Assembly: GCA_965223705.1 (NCBI GenBank)
Contig: OZ245015.1
Coordinates: forward strand, 1,824,001 to 1,888,000
Origin: Myxococcota bacterium
Lineage (GTDB): Bacteria > Myxococcota_A > UBA9160 > UBA6930
Direction of reading: 5' to 3'
Length of the DNA stretch: 64,000 nucleotides
The notes under the pieces were generated by a model. The model had not been told where the DNA came from, made no database searches, and worked only from the letters and a program-made list of their open reading frames with translations. A program made the position numbers and the translations under genes. Positions 17,618-27,840 of the stretch are shown piece after piece; the stretch's first letter is position 1, and each line of letters starts with the position of its first letter.

Positions 17618-19182
17618 CGCGCTTCGACCACGACGACAACTCGGTGGTGGTGGTGATCGGGTCGGGTGCGGGCGGCGGCACCCTGGCGAACGAGCTCTGT
17701 CAAAAAGGGATCTCCGTCGTTCTCCTCGAGGCGGGCAAGCGCGAGTCGCAGGCTTCCTTCGTGAACGACGAGTGGCCTTCCTTCAATCAGCTGGCGTGGC
17801 TCGACAAGCGCACGACCTCGGGCAGCTGGCGCGTCGCCAAGGACTTTCCCAATTTGCCCGCCTGGATCTGCAAGACCGTCGGTGGGACCACCACGCATTG
17901 GGCCGGGGCGAGCCTTCGCATCCGCGAGCACGAGTTCCGCGCGCGCAGTCACTACGGCGCGGTCGACGGCGCGAACCTCCTCGATTGGCCTCTCACGCTT
18001 GCGGAGCTCGAGCCCTACTACGCGAAGGCCGAGGCCAAGCTCGGGGTGACGCGCACCAACGATGTGGCGGGCCTACCGGGCAACAACAACTTCCGGGTGA
18101 TGTACGCCGGCGCGCAGAAGCTCGGGTACAAGAACTGTCACACCGGTCGCATGGCCATCAACAGTCGCCCGCGCGCCGGCCGCGCGTCGTGCCTCCAGCT
18201 GGGCTTCTGCTTCCAGGGCTGCAAATCCGGCGCGAAGTGGTCGACGCTCTACACCGAAATCCCCGCTGCTGAGGCGACGGGGAAGCTCGACCTGCGTCCC
18301 GAGAGCCACGCCTTGCAGATCACCCACGACGCGACCGGCAAGGTCACGGGCGTGGTCTATGCCGACGCGGACGGAAACCAGCACGCGCAACAAGCGCGCG
18401 CGGTGTGTGTCGCCGGGAACTCCATCGAAACGCCGCGCCTGCTCCTCCATTCGGCGAGCTCCATGTTTCCCGACGGCCTTGCGAACTCGTCAGGGCAGGT
18501 CGGTCGCAACTACATGCGGCACACGACGGGTTCGGTCTACGCGACCTTCGAGAACCCTGTTCACATGTACCGCGGTACGACGATGGCCGGCATCATCACC
18601 GACGAGAGCCGGCACGACCCGAGCCGCGGTTTCGTCGGTGGCTACGAGATGGAGACCATCGCGCTCGGTCTTCCGTTCATGGCGGCGTTCCTCGACCCCG
18701 GCGCGTGGGGAGCCGAGTTCACGCACGTGCTCGATCAATACACCCACACGGCAGGGATGTGGATCGTCGGCGAAGACATGCCGCGAGAGAGCAATCGCAT
18801 CACGCTCCATGCGACGGAGAAGGACGCGAACGGCGTGCCGATCCCGAACGTTCACTTCGACGACCACCCGAACGACGAGGCGATGCGCGAGCACGGTTTC
18901 CGCCAGGGAAGCGCCGTCTACGAAGCCGCGGGCGCGCGTCAGGTGGTGCGCACGCCGCCTTATCCGTCGACGCACAACCTGGGCACGTGTCGGATGAGCG
19001 CCGAGCCCAAGGACGGCGTGTGCAACCGCTTCGGCCAGACCCACGATGTGCCGAACCTCTTCATTTCCGACGGAAGCCAGTTCACCACCGGCGCCGCCGA
19101 GAACCCGACGCTGACCATCGTCACCCTGGCGATCCGCCAAGCGGATCACATCGCCACGCAGCTGAAACAGCAAGCGCTCTAG
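17614..19182 (+). CDS. GMC family oxidoreductase (flavoprotein subunit)
   Basis: IGSGAGGG FAD motif, KTVGGTT.HW, C.Q.G.C.QGC, ETPRLLL, GRNYM.H, HNLGTCRM, NPTLTI. Confidence 0.95.
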   Translation: MTRFDHDDNSVVVVIGSGAGGGTLANELCQKGISVVLLEAGKRESQASFVNDEWPSFNQLAWLDKRTTSGSWRVAKDFPNLPAWICKTVGGTTTHWAGASLRIREHEFRARSHYGAVDGANLLDWPLTLAELEPYYAKAEAKLGVTRTNDVAGLPGNNNFRVMYAGAQKLGYKNCHTGRMAINSRPRAGRASCLQLGFCFQGCKSGAKWSTLYTEIPAAEATGKLDLRPESHALQITHDATGKVTGVVYADADGNQHAQQARAVCVAGNSIETPRLLLHSASSMFPDGLANSSGQVGRNYMRHTTGSVYATFENPVHMYRGTTMAGIITDESRHDPSRGFVGGYEMETIALGLPFMAAFLDPGAWGAEFTHVLDQYTHTAGMWIVGEDMPRESNRITLHATEKDANGVPIPNVHFDDHPNDEAMREHGFRQGSAVYEAAGARQVVRTPPYPSTHNLGTCRMSAEPKDGVCNRFGQTHDVPNLFISDGSQFTTGAAENPTLTIVTLAIRQADHIATQLKQQAL

Positions 19183-19187
19183 GCGAC

Positions 19188-19937
19188 ATGAAGGACGCGG
19201 AACGCTCCCTCGTTCAGCAGGCGACGAGCCTCGAGGAGGGACAGCTCGACGCCGAAGAACTCGAGGCGCACCGCTCCGCACACGAGCGCTGGGTGGCCAG
19301 CGAGGGACGGGAGGGGAGGCCTCTCACGCTGCCGGGGGCGAACCTTCGCTACGCCATGCTGTTCGAAGCCTGCGTGCGCGGCGCCAAGCTGGCCGGTGCC
19401 GACCTCTTTCACGCGAATCTCCGCGACTGTGATCTGGAAGCGTCGGAGCTCCGCGGCGCCCAGCTCGAGGGCGCGAGCATGGTGAACACGAATCTCACGG
19501 GCGCCGATCTTCGCGACGCGAACCTCGATAAATGCGTCGCTCCCGGTTCGATCTTCCGCGCGGCGAACGCGGTGTCGGCGAGCCTTTGCGAGGCGAACCT
19601 GCTGGGCGCCGACTTGTCGGGCGCAGACCTCCGAGGCGCCGATCTGCGAGACGCGAATCTCGCCGGGAGCAACCTCGCCGGTGTCGACCTCCGCGAGGCC
19701 TGTCTCGAGGGCGCAAAGCTGATGATGGTCGATCTCAGTGGCGCGACCCTCAGGGGTGCGTCGCTCGACCGAGCCGTGATGTTCGGAACAACGCTCGCCG
19801 CGACCGATCTCCGAGGAACGGATCTCACGGGCGCGGAAGGCCTCACCCCGCCTCAGGTCGAGACGGCGCAGGGCGACGCGGAAACCCGCTTGCCCGAATC
19901 GCTAGGCGATGTTCGCTTACAGGGCGGAACCGAGTAA
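19188..19937 (+). CDS. pentapeptide repeat protein
   Basis: Long run of A(D/N)LxG-type repeats; ends T.LP. Confidence 0.9.
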   Translation: MKDAERSLVQQATSLEEGQLDAEELEAHRSAHERWVASEGREGRPLTLPGANLRYAMLFEACVRGAKLAGADLFHANLRDCDLEASELRGAQLEGASMVNTNLTGADLRDANLDKCVAPGSIFRAANAVSASLCEANLLGADLSGADLRGADLRDANLAGSNLAGVDLREACLEGAKLMMVDLSGATLRGASLDRAVMFGTTLAATDLRGTDLTGAEGLTPPQVETAQGDAETRLPESLGDVRLQGGTE

Positions 19938-20023
19938 ACCGCGGCGCTCATTGTACTTGGCCCCCTCGGTTGCAGGGGATATGATCGATCAGAAGCCCCT
20001 TTCTTGGGGCGTCGGAGGGCCGG

Positions 20024-21688
20024 ATGTCTGCATCACTCACACTCTCGAAGATCATCAAGCAGAAGGGGATCAGCCTCTCCGAGGCGACCCAGCGAATCGC
20101 CGATCTGGGTTGGGCTCCGTCGTACTTCGACGAGGTCTTGAAGTACCCGACCGACTACAAGATCGAGAAAGCCCCCAAGGACCCGATGAAGCAGGTCCTG
20201 CGCTCCTACTTCCCCATGCAGGAAGAGAAGGACAACCGCGTCTACGGCGCGCTCGACGCGGCGCTGCGCGGCGACATGTTCCGCAATGTCGAACCCCGCT
20301 GGATCGAGTGGCAAAAGCTCTTCCTCGGGATCATCCCCTTCCCGGAGATCTCAGCGGCGCGGTCGATGGCGATCGAGTCCCAGATTGCACCCGGTGAGAA
20401 CCTCCGCACCGGCTTTACGATGCAGATGATCGATGAGCTCCGGCACTCGACGATTCAGATGAATCTCAAGAAGTGGTACATGGAGAACTACATCGATCCC
20501 GCGGGCTTCGACATCACCGAGGAAGCCTTCGGCAAGTGCTACGCCACCACGATCGGCCGCCAGTTCGGCGAGGGTTTCATCACCGGCGACGCGGTAACCG
20601 CGACGAACATCTACCTCCAGGTAGTCGCCGAGACGGCCTTCACCAACACGCTCTTCGTCGCCATGCCCTCCGAAGCGGCTCGCAACGGCGATTACGCCCT
20701 GCCGACGGTGTTCCTCTCGGTGCAGTCCGACGAATCGCGGCACATCGGCAACGGCCACTCGTTCCTGATGTCGATCATCAAGGAGCCGGAGAACCTCGAG
20801 CTGATCGAGCGCGATCTCCGCTACTCGTTCTGGCAGAACCACGCCATCGTCGATGCCGCCATCGGCACCATCATCGAGTACGGCACGAAGGACCGCGACA
20901 AGAACAAGGAGTCCTACGCCGAGCTCTGGCACCGCTGGATCTTCGACGACTACTACCGGACCTACATGCTGCCCCTCGAGAAGTATGGGGTGAAGATCCA
21001 TCACGACGACGTCGAAGAGGCGTGGAACCGCATCGTGAAGGGCGACTACGTTCACAAGGTCGCCCAGTTCTTCTCGATCGGTTGGCCGGTTGCCTTCTGG
21101 CGCATCGACGGAATGACTGAACGCGATTTCGAGTGGTTCGAGGCCAAGTATCCGGGTTGGTACAACAAATTCGGCACCTACTGGGAGAACTACCGCAAGG
21201 CCAGCCTGCCCGAACAAGCGCCGCTCCTCTACCTCGACTCGGGGTACGTCTATCCGCACCGCTGCTGGAGCTGCAACGTTCCGTGTCTCATCCGCGAAGA
21301 TTTCTGCGTGGATGAGGTCGAGGGCGAGCTCTACACCTACTGCTCCGAAGTCTGCCGCTGGACCCACAAGGTGGCCTTCGCCGGCGAGTACAACGGGCGA
21401 CCGACCCCTGCGATGGGACGCTTCAGCGGCCGGCGGCAGTGGGAAGAGGTCTATCACGGTTGGGATCTCGCCGACGCGATCAAAGATCTGGGCTTCGTGC
21501 GATCCGACGGCGAGACGCTCATCCAACAGCCGCACCTCCACTTCGACGATTCGAAGATGTGGAAGCTCGAGCACGTCCGGGGGTTGGAGCTCCGCAGTCC
21601 GCTGCTCGATCTCCGGGCCATGTCGCCGGAGGAGCGCGAGCGACACATCGCGGAGTACCGGGCCGGCTTTACCGAAAAGCCGATCTAG
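20024..21688 (+). CDS. prmA: soluble di-iron monooxygenase alpha (hydroxylase large) subunit, propane monooxygenase type
   Basis: Two DExRH di-iron motifs (IDELRH, SDESRH); KDPMKQVLRSYFPMQEEKDNRVYG; YCSEVCRWTH; GRPTPAMGRF. Confidence 0.95.
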   Translation: MSASLTLSKIIKQKGISLSEATQRIADLGWAPSYFDEVLKYPTDYKIEKAPKDPMKQVLRSYFPMQEEKDNRVYGALDAALRGDMFRNVEPRWIEWQKLFLGIIPFPEISAARSMAIESQIAPGENLRTGFTMQMIDELRHSTIQMNLKKWYMENYIDPAGFDITEEAFGKCYATTIGRQFGEGFITGDAVTATNIYLQVVAETAFTNTLFVAMPSEAARNGDYALPTVFLSVQSDESRHIGNGHSFLMSIIKEPENLELIERDLRYSFWQNHAIVDAAIGTIIEYGTKDRDKNKESYAELWHRWIFDDYYRTYMLPLEKYGVKIHHDDVEEAWNRIVKGDYVHKVAQFFSIGWPVAFWRIDGMTERDFEWFEAKYPGWYNKFGTYWENYRKASLPEQAPLLYLDSGYVYPHRCWSCNVPCLIREDFCVDEVEGELYTYCSEVCRWTHKVAFAGEYNGRPTPAMGRFSGRRQWEEVYHGWDLADAIKDLGFVRSDGETLIQQPHLHFDDSKMWKLEHVRGLELRSPLLDLRAMSPEERERHIAEYRAGFTEKPI

Positions 21689-21703
21689 GGCACTAGCGAC
21701 ACG

Positions 21704-22747
21704 ATGGCGCACTCCGTTCGTCTGCAGCCCGTCGACATCGAGATGACTGTCGAGGAGGACGAGACCGTCCTCCAGGCGGCATTTCGGCAAGGCATCACCT
21801 TGATGCACGGGTGCAAGGAAGGACAGTGCGCGTCGTGCAAGTCGATCCTCCTGGAGGGCGACGCCGAGCATCTCGACTTCTCGACCTTTGCGCTCTCGGA
21901 GCCGGAGCAAGAGGAGGGCCACGTCCTCCTCTGCCGGTTGCAGGCCTACAGCGATCTCGAGATTGAGCTGCTGAACTACGACGAGGACGTGCTCACCACC
22001 TGGATCCCCGCCAAGCAGCTCACCGGAAAGGTCGCGTCGGTCGAGGCGCTGACCCACGATATCCGGAGGCTCGCCATCGATCTCGACGAGCCGCTGGTGT
22101 TTCGCGCGGGTCAGTTCGTCGACTTGACGCTCTCGGAGCCGAGCGTCACGCGCTCCTATTCCATGGCCAACCCGCCGAGCGATCCCGACCGCCTCGAGTT
22201 CATCATCAAGGTCTATCCCGACGGCGCGTTTTCGAGCCGGCTCGAGGCGGACGCGCTTGCGCCGGGTGCACCGATCGGGGTCGAGGGGCCGTTCGGAATG
22301 AGCTTCCGAGACGAGGCACACGACGGACCCGTTCTGCTGGTGGGTGGGGGCTCGGGGATGTCGCCGCTCTGGTCCATCTTGAACGACCTCGCCGAGAAGG
22401 CGCCGCAGAAACCGCTCCACTTCTACTACGGCGTCCGGGCGAAGCGCGACCTCTTCTACGCCGAAGAGCTCGCGTCCCTCGGCGAGAAGTTCGACGCGTT
22501 CCATTTCGTGCCCGCCTTGTCGGAGCCCGATCCCGGAGACGATTGGCAGGGGGAGACGGGCTTCATCCACGAGGTGGTGGCGCGCGATTTCCCGGGGGCG
22601 GGGGCGTATGCGCCGATGGAAGCCTACGCGTGTGGCCCTCCTCCGATGGTGGAAGCGGTCCTACCGGTCTTTCAACGCATGGGCATCCAGGCGGACCACA
22701 CCCACCTCGACAAGTTCACCCCCGCGGCGGATCCCAAGCGGCCCTAA
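21704..22747 (+). CDS. prmB: propane monooxygenase reductase (2Fe-2S/FAD/NAD)
   Basis: CKEGQCASCK...LC ferredoxin, RSYSMAN, GGGSGMSP, CGPPPMV. Confidence 0.93.
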   Translation: MAHSVRLQPVDIEMTVEEDETVLQAAFRQGITLMHGCKEGQCASCKSILLEGDAEHLDFSTFALSEPEQEEGHVLLCRLQAYSDLEIELLNYDEDVLTTWIPAKQLTGKVASVEALTHDIRRLAIDLDEPLVFRAGQFVDLTLSEPSVTRSYSMANPPSDPDRLEFIIKVYPDGAFSSRLEADALAPGAPIGVEGPFGMSFRDEAHDGPVLLVGGGSGMSPLWSILNDLAEKAPQKPLHFYYGVRAKRDLFYAEELASLGEKFDAFHFVPALSEPDPGDDWQGETGFIHEVVARDFPGAGAYAPMEAYACGPPPMVEAVLPVFQRMGIQADHTHLDKFTPAADPKRP

Positions 22748-22770
22748 GCGCGGAACCATAGGAGTCGGAG

Positions 22771-23838
22771 ATGGCGGAAAACACGGAACAATCGGGCGCA
22801 GCTGGGGCGAAGACCTTCGCCGGCTCCGACAGTCGCAAGTTCAACTACTTCGAGCCGGAAGGGCGCCGGGCAACCCTCTACGAAGATGTGACGGTCGACG
22901 TCCAGCCGGACCCGAGTCGCCACCTGCTGCAGGGCTGGATCATGTCCTTTGCGGACGGCAAGCCGAGCTATCACGAAGGCACGACATCCCTTCGCTCGAC
23001 CGACTGGCATCGATACCGCGCGCCCGATCAGGAATGGGAGCGCACCCACTACCAGCGCCAGAGTGAGATCGAGCGAACCATCAAGACTCTCGTCGAAAGT
23101 GCACGGGGCGCGGGAGCGCCGCAGCGCTTCGACAAAGACTGGGTGCGAACCCTCCAAGACCACGTGGGAGCCGTCAAGCACGCCGAGTTCGGCCTGGGCG
23201 TGGCCCTCTCTACCGCCCAGCGGGACGGCGTCACCCAGATGGTCAACAACTCCATTCTGACGAACGCCTCGTACAAGCTCCGACTGGCGCAAGACATCAC
23301 GCTCTACCTGGGCGACATCGGGCTCGACATCGATATCGACGGCGCCGCCGGAAAGGAGCACTGGCTCGAGGATCCAGCGTGGCAGGGGGTGCGCAAGGCG
23401 ATCGAGGGAATCATCGCGACGACCGACCACATGGAGGTGTATCTCGCGACGAACCTCGTCTACGAGCCGTTGGTGGGTGAGCTGCTCCGCACCGGGTTCT
23501 TCACCCGTGCCGCGCCGCTCCACAACGATTTCGTCACTCCGGGGCTGCTCGCCCCGGCGGCGATCGACTGCCAGCGGAACCTCGCGAACACCATGGCCCT
23601 GACGGAGATGTTGGTTCGCGACGCCACGCACGGCGAGGCGAACAAGAAGGTCGTCGCGGGCTGGCTCGAGACCCACGTGCCGCGCTGTGTCGACGCCGCC
23701 AAGACGGCGAAGTCGCTGTGGGATGCGGCCGCGTCCGACAGTGTCGACTTCGCCGCGGCTTACGGGGAGGCGACGCAACGTCTCGAGGACATCCTCTCCG
23801 AACTCGACATAGCCTTGCCCGACGGAGTTTCCCTATGA
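22771..23838 (+). CDS. prmC: propane monooxygenase beta (hydroxylase small) subunit
   Basis: RRATLYEDVTVDVQPDP.RHL.QGW, DWH.YRAPDQEWE, YKLRLAQD. Confidence 0.93.
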   Translation: MAENTEQSGAAGAKTFAGSDSRKFNYFEPEGRRATLYEDVTVDVQPDPSRHLLQGWIMSFADGKPSYHEGTTSLRSTDWHRYRAPDQEWERTHYQRQSEIERTIKTLVESARGAGAPQRFDKDWVRTLQDHVGAVKHAEFGLGVALSTAQRDGVTQMVNNSILTNASYKLRLAQDITLYLGDIGLDIDIDGAAGKEHWLEDPAWQGVRKAIEGIIATTDHMEVYLATNLVYEPLVGELLRTGFFTRAAPLHNDFVTPGLLAPAAIDCQRNLANTMALTEMLVRDATHGEANKKVVAGWLETHVPRCVDAAKTAKSLWDAAASDSVDFAAAYGEATQRLEDILSELDIALPDGVSL

Positions 23839-24173
23839 CCACCCAGACCTTTCACGATCTGAAACGCGAAGGCACCGTTTCGCACATGTGCGGCGTCACG
23901 ATGAACGACAGCGTGGACAGCCGCGTCATCGCCGAAGTGATGGGCGCGAAACCCGGCGTCACCATCACGAACTACCCCGCGATGATCCGCATCGACGGCG
24001 AGGACAAGCTCGTCTTCGATATGGAGGAGCTCGGCGACGCGCTGGGCAAGCCCTTCTCGCCGTACGATTTCGAGGTCGTCATGTCGACCCACTACGGTCG
24101 GATGGTCATGGAGGACGAGACCACCGTCATTTTGTTCGGAAACATGGAAGATGCCGCCGCCTACGAGGAGTAG
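23835..24173 (+). CDS. prmD: monooxygenase coupling/effector protein (MmoB/DmpM family)
   Basis: CGVTMNDS...PAMIRIDG...MSTHYGRMV; ATGA overlap with prmC. Confidence 0.93.
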   Translation: MTTQTFHDLKREGTVSHMCGVTMNDSVDSRVIAEVMGAKPGVTITNYPAMIRIDGEDKLVFDMEELGDALGKPFSPYDFEVVMSTHYGRMVMEDETTVILFGNMEDAAAYEE

Positions 24174-24204
24174 CTTTTTCCCTTAGCTGCCACGGACCCC
24201 CACC

Positions 24205-25839
24205 ATGCCGAAAATGATGCTCTTTCAGGAAGAGGCCCGCGCTGCCCTCGGGCGCGGTGTCGCCACACTCACCCGCGCTGTCGGCTCGACGCTCGGGCCC
24301 AAGGGCGGCAACGCGATCATCGACGTTCCCATCGGGACCCCCATCGTGTCGCGCGACGGCGTCAGCATCGCCGCCGAGATCGAGTTACAGGATCCCTTCG
24401 AGAACATGGGCGCACAGGTCGTGCGCGAGGTCTCGAAACGCACGAACGACGTCGCCGGTGACGGAACGACCACCGCCACGGTGCTCGCCAACGCGATCAT
24501 CCAAGAGGGCTTCGAGGCACTCGACGGCTCGGTCGCGGCGATCGAGCTCAGCGAGGGCATCGACGTCGCGGTGGATGCCGTGGTCGCCACACTGCGGGAA
24601 CGCGCACAGGCCGTCGCGGACGACGACGACGCGGTGCGAGCCGTCGCGGTGATCGCGGCGAACGACCAAGAGACGGGCCACCTCGTCGCGGAAGCGCTGC
24701 GCCGAGTAGGGCCGAGTGGCCTCGTCAGCGTCGACTTGAGCCTCACGGTCGATACCACCCTCGAAGTGATCGAGGGGGCCTCGTACGAGCGCGGTTACGT
24801 GTCCCATCACATGGTGACCGACGTCGACACGATGCAGGTGCTCTTCGACGACGTGGTGTTGCTCCTCACCGACCAGGGCCTCGCGACTCAGAGCGACGTC
24901 GACGGGCTCCGCGCACTCGCCTGCGAGGCGAAGAAGCCGATGCTCGTGATCGCCGAGGACTACACCCCGGAAGCCGTGGCGGCACTGCTGCAGCCGGCGG
25001 ACGGGCCGGCGATCGTCTGCGTGCATCCCCCGGAATACGGCAAGTGGCGACGCGCGATGATGGAAGACCTGGCCATCATGACCGGCGGCCGCGTTTTCGT
25101 GAAAGACCTCGGCCACCGCTATCAGGACGCCTCCTTGGCAGATCTCGGCACGGCGCGAGGCATCTGCGTTTCGGCCGATGCGACCGTGATTTCGGGAGGC
25201 GGCGGCGACCCTGAGGCGATTCGCGGGCGAATCGCTCAGGTGAGGCGCCAAGCCGACTTGAACGACATTCCCATCGAAGAGGACAAATTCAACGAGCGAC
25301 TCGCGAAGCTTTCGGGCGGCATCGCCGTCGTCTATGCGGGTGGTGCGACTCCCGTGGAGCAGAAGAGGCGTGAGCAGCTCATCGAGGACGCGCTCAACGC
25401 GACGCGGGCCGCTATCGAAGAAGGGGTCGTTCCGGGCGGTGGTACCGCCTTGCTGCAGGCCCAGGGCGCGGTGGATGCCGTGTGCGCAGGGCTTTCGCCC
25501 GGCCGGCGTCGCGGCGCCGAAGTCGTCCGCGTCGCGCTCTCGAAGCCGCTCACCTGGATCGCCGAGAACAGCGGCGTGGATACCAAACGCGTCGTCGATC
25601 AGGTGGTCGCCGCGCCGAAAGGCACGGGCTACGACGCGCGAAGCGGCGAGCTGGTCGACATGATCGCGGCGGGGATCGCCGATCCGTTTCGCGTAACCTC
25701 GCAGGCGCTTATCAACGCCGCTTCCGTCGCGAAGCTCGTGCTCACCACCCAGACATTGATCACCGACGCCCCCGAAGAGGACGACCCCACCGCGGAACCC
25801 GCCCGAGGTGGCGGCGCCGAACGGCTCGGGATGGAGTAG
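24205..25839 (+). CDS. groEL: GroEL-like chaperonin of the SDIMO operon (PrmG/MmoG-like)
   Basis: TLGPKG, DGVSIA.EI.L.DPFENMGAQ, AGDGTTTATVLA, ERLAKL.GG, EEGVVPGGG; divergent apical domain; no groES in the operon. Confidence 0.9.
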   Translation: MPKMMLFQEEARAALGRGVATLTRAVGSTLGPKGGNAIIDVPIGTPIVSRDGVSIAAEIELQDPFENMGAQVVREVSKRTNDVAGDGTTTATVLANAIIQEGFEALDGSVAAIELSEGIDVAVDAVVATLRERAQAVADDDDAVRAVAVIAANDQETGHLVAEALRRVGPSGLVSVDLSLTVDTTLEVIEGASYERGYVSHHMVTDVDTMQVLFDDVVLLLTDQGLATQSDVDGLRALACEAKKPMLVIAEDYTPEAVAALLQPADGPAIVCVHPPEYGKWRRAMMEDLAIMTGGRVFVKDLGHRYQDASLADLGTARGICVSADATVISGGGGDPEAIRGRIAQVRRQADLNDIPIEEDKFNERLAKLSGGIAVVYAGGATPVEQKRREQLIEDALNATRAAIEEGVVPGGGTALLQAQGAVDAVCAGLSPGRRRGAEVVRVALSKPLTWIAENSGVDTKRVVDQVVAAPKGTGYDARSGELVDMIAAGIADPFRVTSQALINAASVAKLVLTTQTLITDAPEEDDPTAEPARGGGAERLGME

Positions 25840-25863
25840 GCGGGCTCGAAGGGCGGCCTGGCG

Positions 25864-27825
25864 ATGAAACTCAGACGGCTGCGCGTTCACGCACTCAAAT
25901 CGATCCGCGCGCTCGACCATGTGTTCGGCGACAGTGGACTGACCCTCCTCGGCCGCAATGGCAGCGGCAAGACAACCGTCCTCGAGGCGATTTCGCTGCT
26001 GGGCCACGTCGGCGTGATGGCGCTGGCTCCGCTCCGGAAGGCTCCGGATGCGGGCGCGTTTGCGGCGACGCCGGGCGCGAGCCTTCTCAATGCTCTCCTC
26101 GAAGGCGACGATGCCGATGCGATTACCGGCGCGAGCCCCTCGCTCCGCGCGGCTTGCGACACCTTGGCGCGTCACTTCGGCGGCCGCGGCGATGCACTGG
26201 GTAAGCCCGAATCGAGCCGCGTGGCCGAGAGCTTTGCTGCGAGTCCCGGTGAGAATCCGGTCGAGCGTGCGTTCGAATCCCTCCGTCGCAGCGAGGGCGC
26301 CGCGATATCGCCCGCGTTGATCCTCCTCGATGTCGTCACGGAAGCGGGTGCACCGGTGTCGCTCCTCGTGCGACTCGCCCCGGGTGCCGATCTCACCGTG
26401 GTCCTCTCGCACGAATTCTCGGACCGGGAAACCGAAGCTGCGTTGACGCTCTACTTCGATGCCGAGTCGGAGCCCGCGCGCGATCTCATTTTGCGATCGC
26501 TCGCCTCACGCCCTGTGTCTCTCGGACGCAAAGGCACCAGTCGTGCGATTCCGCCTTGCCGCGCGCTGGCCGACGGGGCAGGGGTGGTGTCCTACGTCAA
26601 CACGGACCTGAACGACTTCGGTCGCGGCAACGATCTGCGCGAGTCGCCCAAGAACATCACCGACGATTTTGCGGCGGTGGTCACGCGCCTCTGCATCGAT
26701 ACGGAACGCATCCGCGCTCCCCTGAACGAAATCCTCTCGCGCATCCTGTCGCCCGACGATCGCCGCGGTTGGTCGATCGAGGAGCTCGCGGTCGAAGAGG
26801 GCCGGACCCGCCTGGTGATCACGGATCACTTCGGGAAACCCCAGCTGAGGAACCACTTGAGCGCCGGCGAGAACGAGATCTTCTTCGCGTTTCTGGTGCT
26901 TCTCGGCCTGCCGACGCGCGAGGGGATCGTGATCCTCGACGAGCCAGCGTTCCACGCGAGCCCGGAGACCGCTCCCGCCTTCTTCGATGAGCTATATGCC
27001 CTGTGCGAACGCAACGGCACACAGCTTTTCGTGGGCTCCCACAATGCGTGGTGCCTTCCCGAGACGGCGGACCAACCGACGGCAACCCTCGAAATCCCGC
27101 GGACGCCCGAAGCGGCCCACCGGCTCCTCGATCCCCTCGATTCACGCCAGCGCTTTCAAGCGCTACATCGCGACGCATTCGACCGGATCGAACGCTCCGT
27201 GAAGGGCGTTGAGCGGGCGACGCGAGACCGCGCGCGCTTGCTGGCGCATGCCGTGCGCGAAGACCTGGCCCCGCTGACGCGCCGTCTGTTCTTGGATCGG
27301 ATCGGCCTCTACGGCGGCCTAGCCGCCGCCGGCATCGTTTCGCTGCACGTGGCTACGACCGCGACGCTCCCCGTGATGTTGCTCGGTACCGGCGCTGCTG
27401 CCGCCGCGGCGGGTGTGCTCGTCTGGCTCGTCTTCAGCAACTTTGCGCGGCTTCACCGCGAACGGCAGCGCCTCGTCCAACAACAATTCGAGTCGCACTA
27501 CGCCGCGGCGGATGTACGGTCGAAGGAGCGCACACTGTTTCTCCGCGAGCTCGAAGACTCGAGCCGCTGGCAGCTTCGCGCATACCTCGGTGAAGAGCGC
27601 CTCCCGCTCCTCGAGTTTCTGCCGAACCGCGACGGCGGCGTTTGGCCCGCATTGAGCTTCACGATCGGTCACTTCTTGATCGCTGCCACGATCGTCTGGT
27701 GGTACACGGGCTCCTGGGCCCTCGGCGGCCAGGTGGCGCTGGTCGAGCCCGTCGTGAATGGCTTCTGGCACTACGCCAACGCCCACATCTGGCGGCGACG
27801 GCGGGCTGAGCGGCACCCGACCTAG
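25864..27825 (+). CDS. ABC-type (AAA_21-like) ATPase fused to TM helices and a C-terminal DUF2061-like membrane domain
   Basis: Walker A GRNGSGKT, signature LSAGE, Walker B IVILDEP, H-loop GSHN; 2 TM; C-terminal SFTIGHF.IA..IVW..TGS...GG.VALVEP..N..W.Y....IW. Confidence 0.7.
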   Translation: MKLRRLRVHALKSIRALDHVFGDSGLTLLGRNGSGKTTVLEAISLLGHVGVMALAPLRKAPDAGAFAATPGASLLNALLEGDDADAITGASPSLRAACDTLARHFGGRGDALGKPESSRVAESFAASPGENPVERAFESLRRSEGAAISPALILLDVVTEAGAPVSLLVRLAPGADLTVVLSHEFSDRETEAALTLYFDAESEPARDLILRSLASRPVSLGRKGTSRAIPPCRALADGAGVVSYVNTDLNDFGRGNDLRESPKNITDDFAAVVTRLCIDTERIRAPLNEILSRILSPDDRRGWSIEELAVEEGRTRLVITDHFGKPQLRNHLSAGENEIFFAFLVLLGLPTREGIVILDEPAFHASPETAPAFFDELYALCERNGTQLFVGSHNAWCLPETADQPTATLEIPRTPEAAHRLLDPLDSRQRFQALHRDAFDRIERSVKGVERATRDRARLLAHAVREDLAPLTRRLFLDRIGLYGGLAAAGIVSLHVATTATLPVMLLGTGAAAAAAGVLVWLVFSNFARLHRERQRLVQQQFESHYAAADVRSKERTLFLRELEDSSRWQLRAYLGEERLPLLEFLPNRDGGVWPALSFTIGHFLIAATIVWWYTGSWALGGQVALVEPVVNGFWHYANAHIWRRRRAERHPT

Positions 27826-27840
27826 CGCGGCCGGTCCAGG

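Noticed and set aside
19958..19974. TGGCCCCCTCGGTTGCA upstream of prmA as a sigma54 promoter
   Set aside because: GG-to-GC spacing is 11 rather than the strict 10. It would only be valid if the C5 run contains a sequencing error.
20351..22570. Long antisense ORFs (e.g. 739 aa here; also 24385-26412, 50578-52425, 57292-58635)
   Set aside because: Shadow ORFs opposite well-supported genes, typical of high-GC codon bias, with no recognisable motifs.
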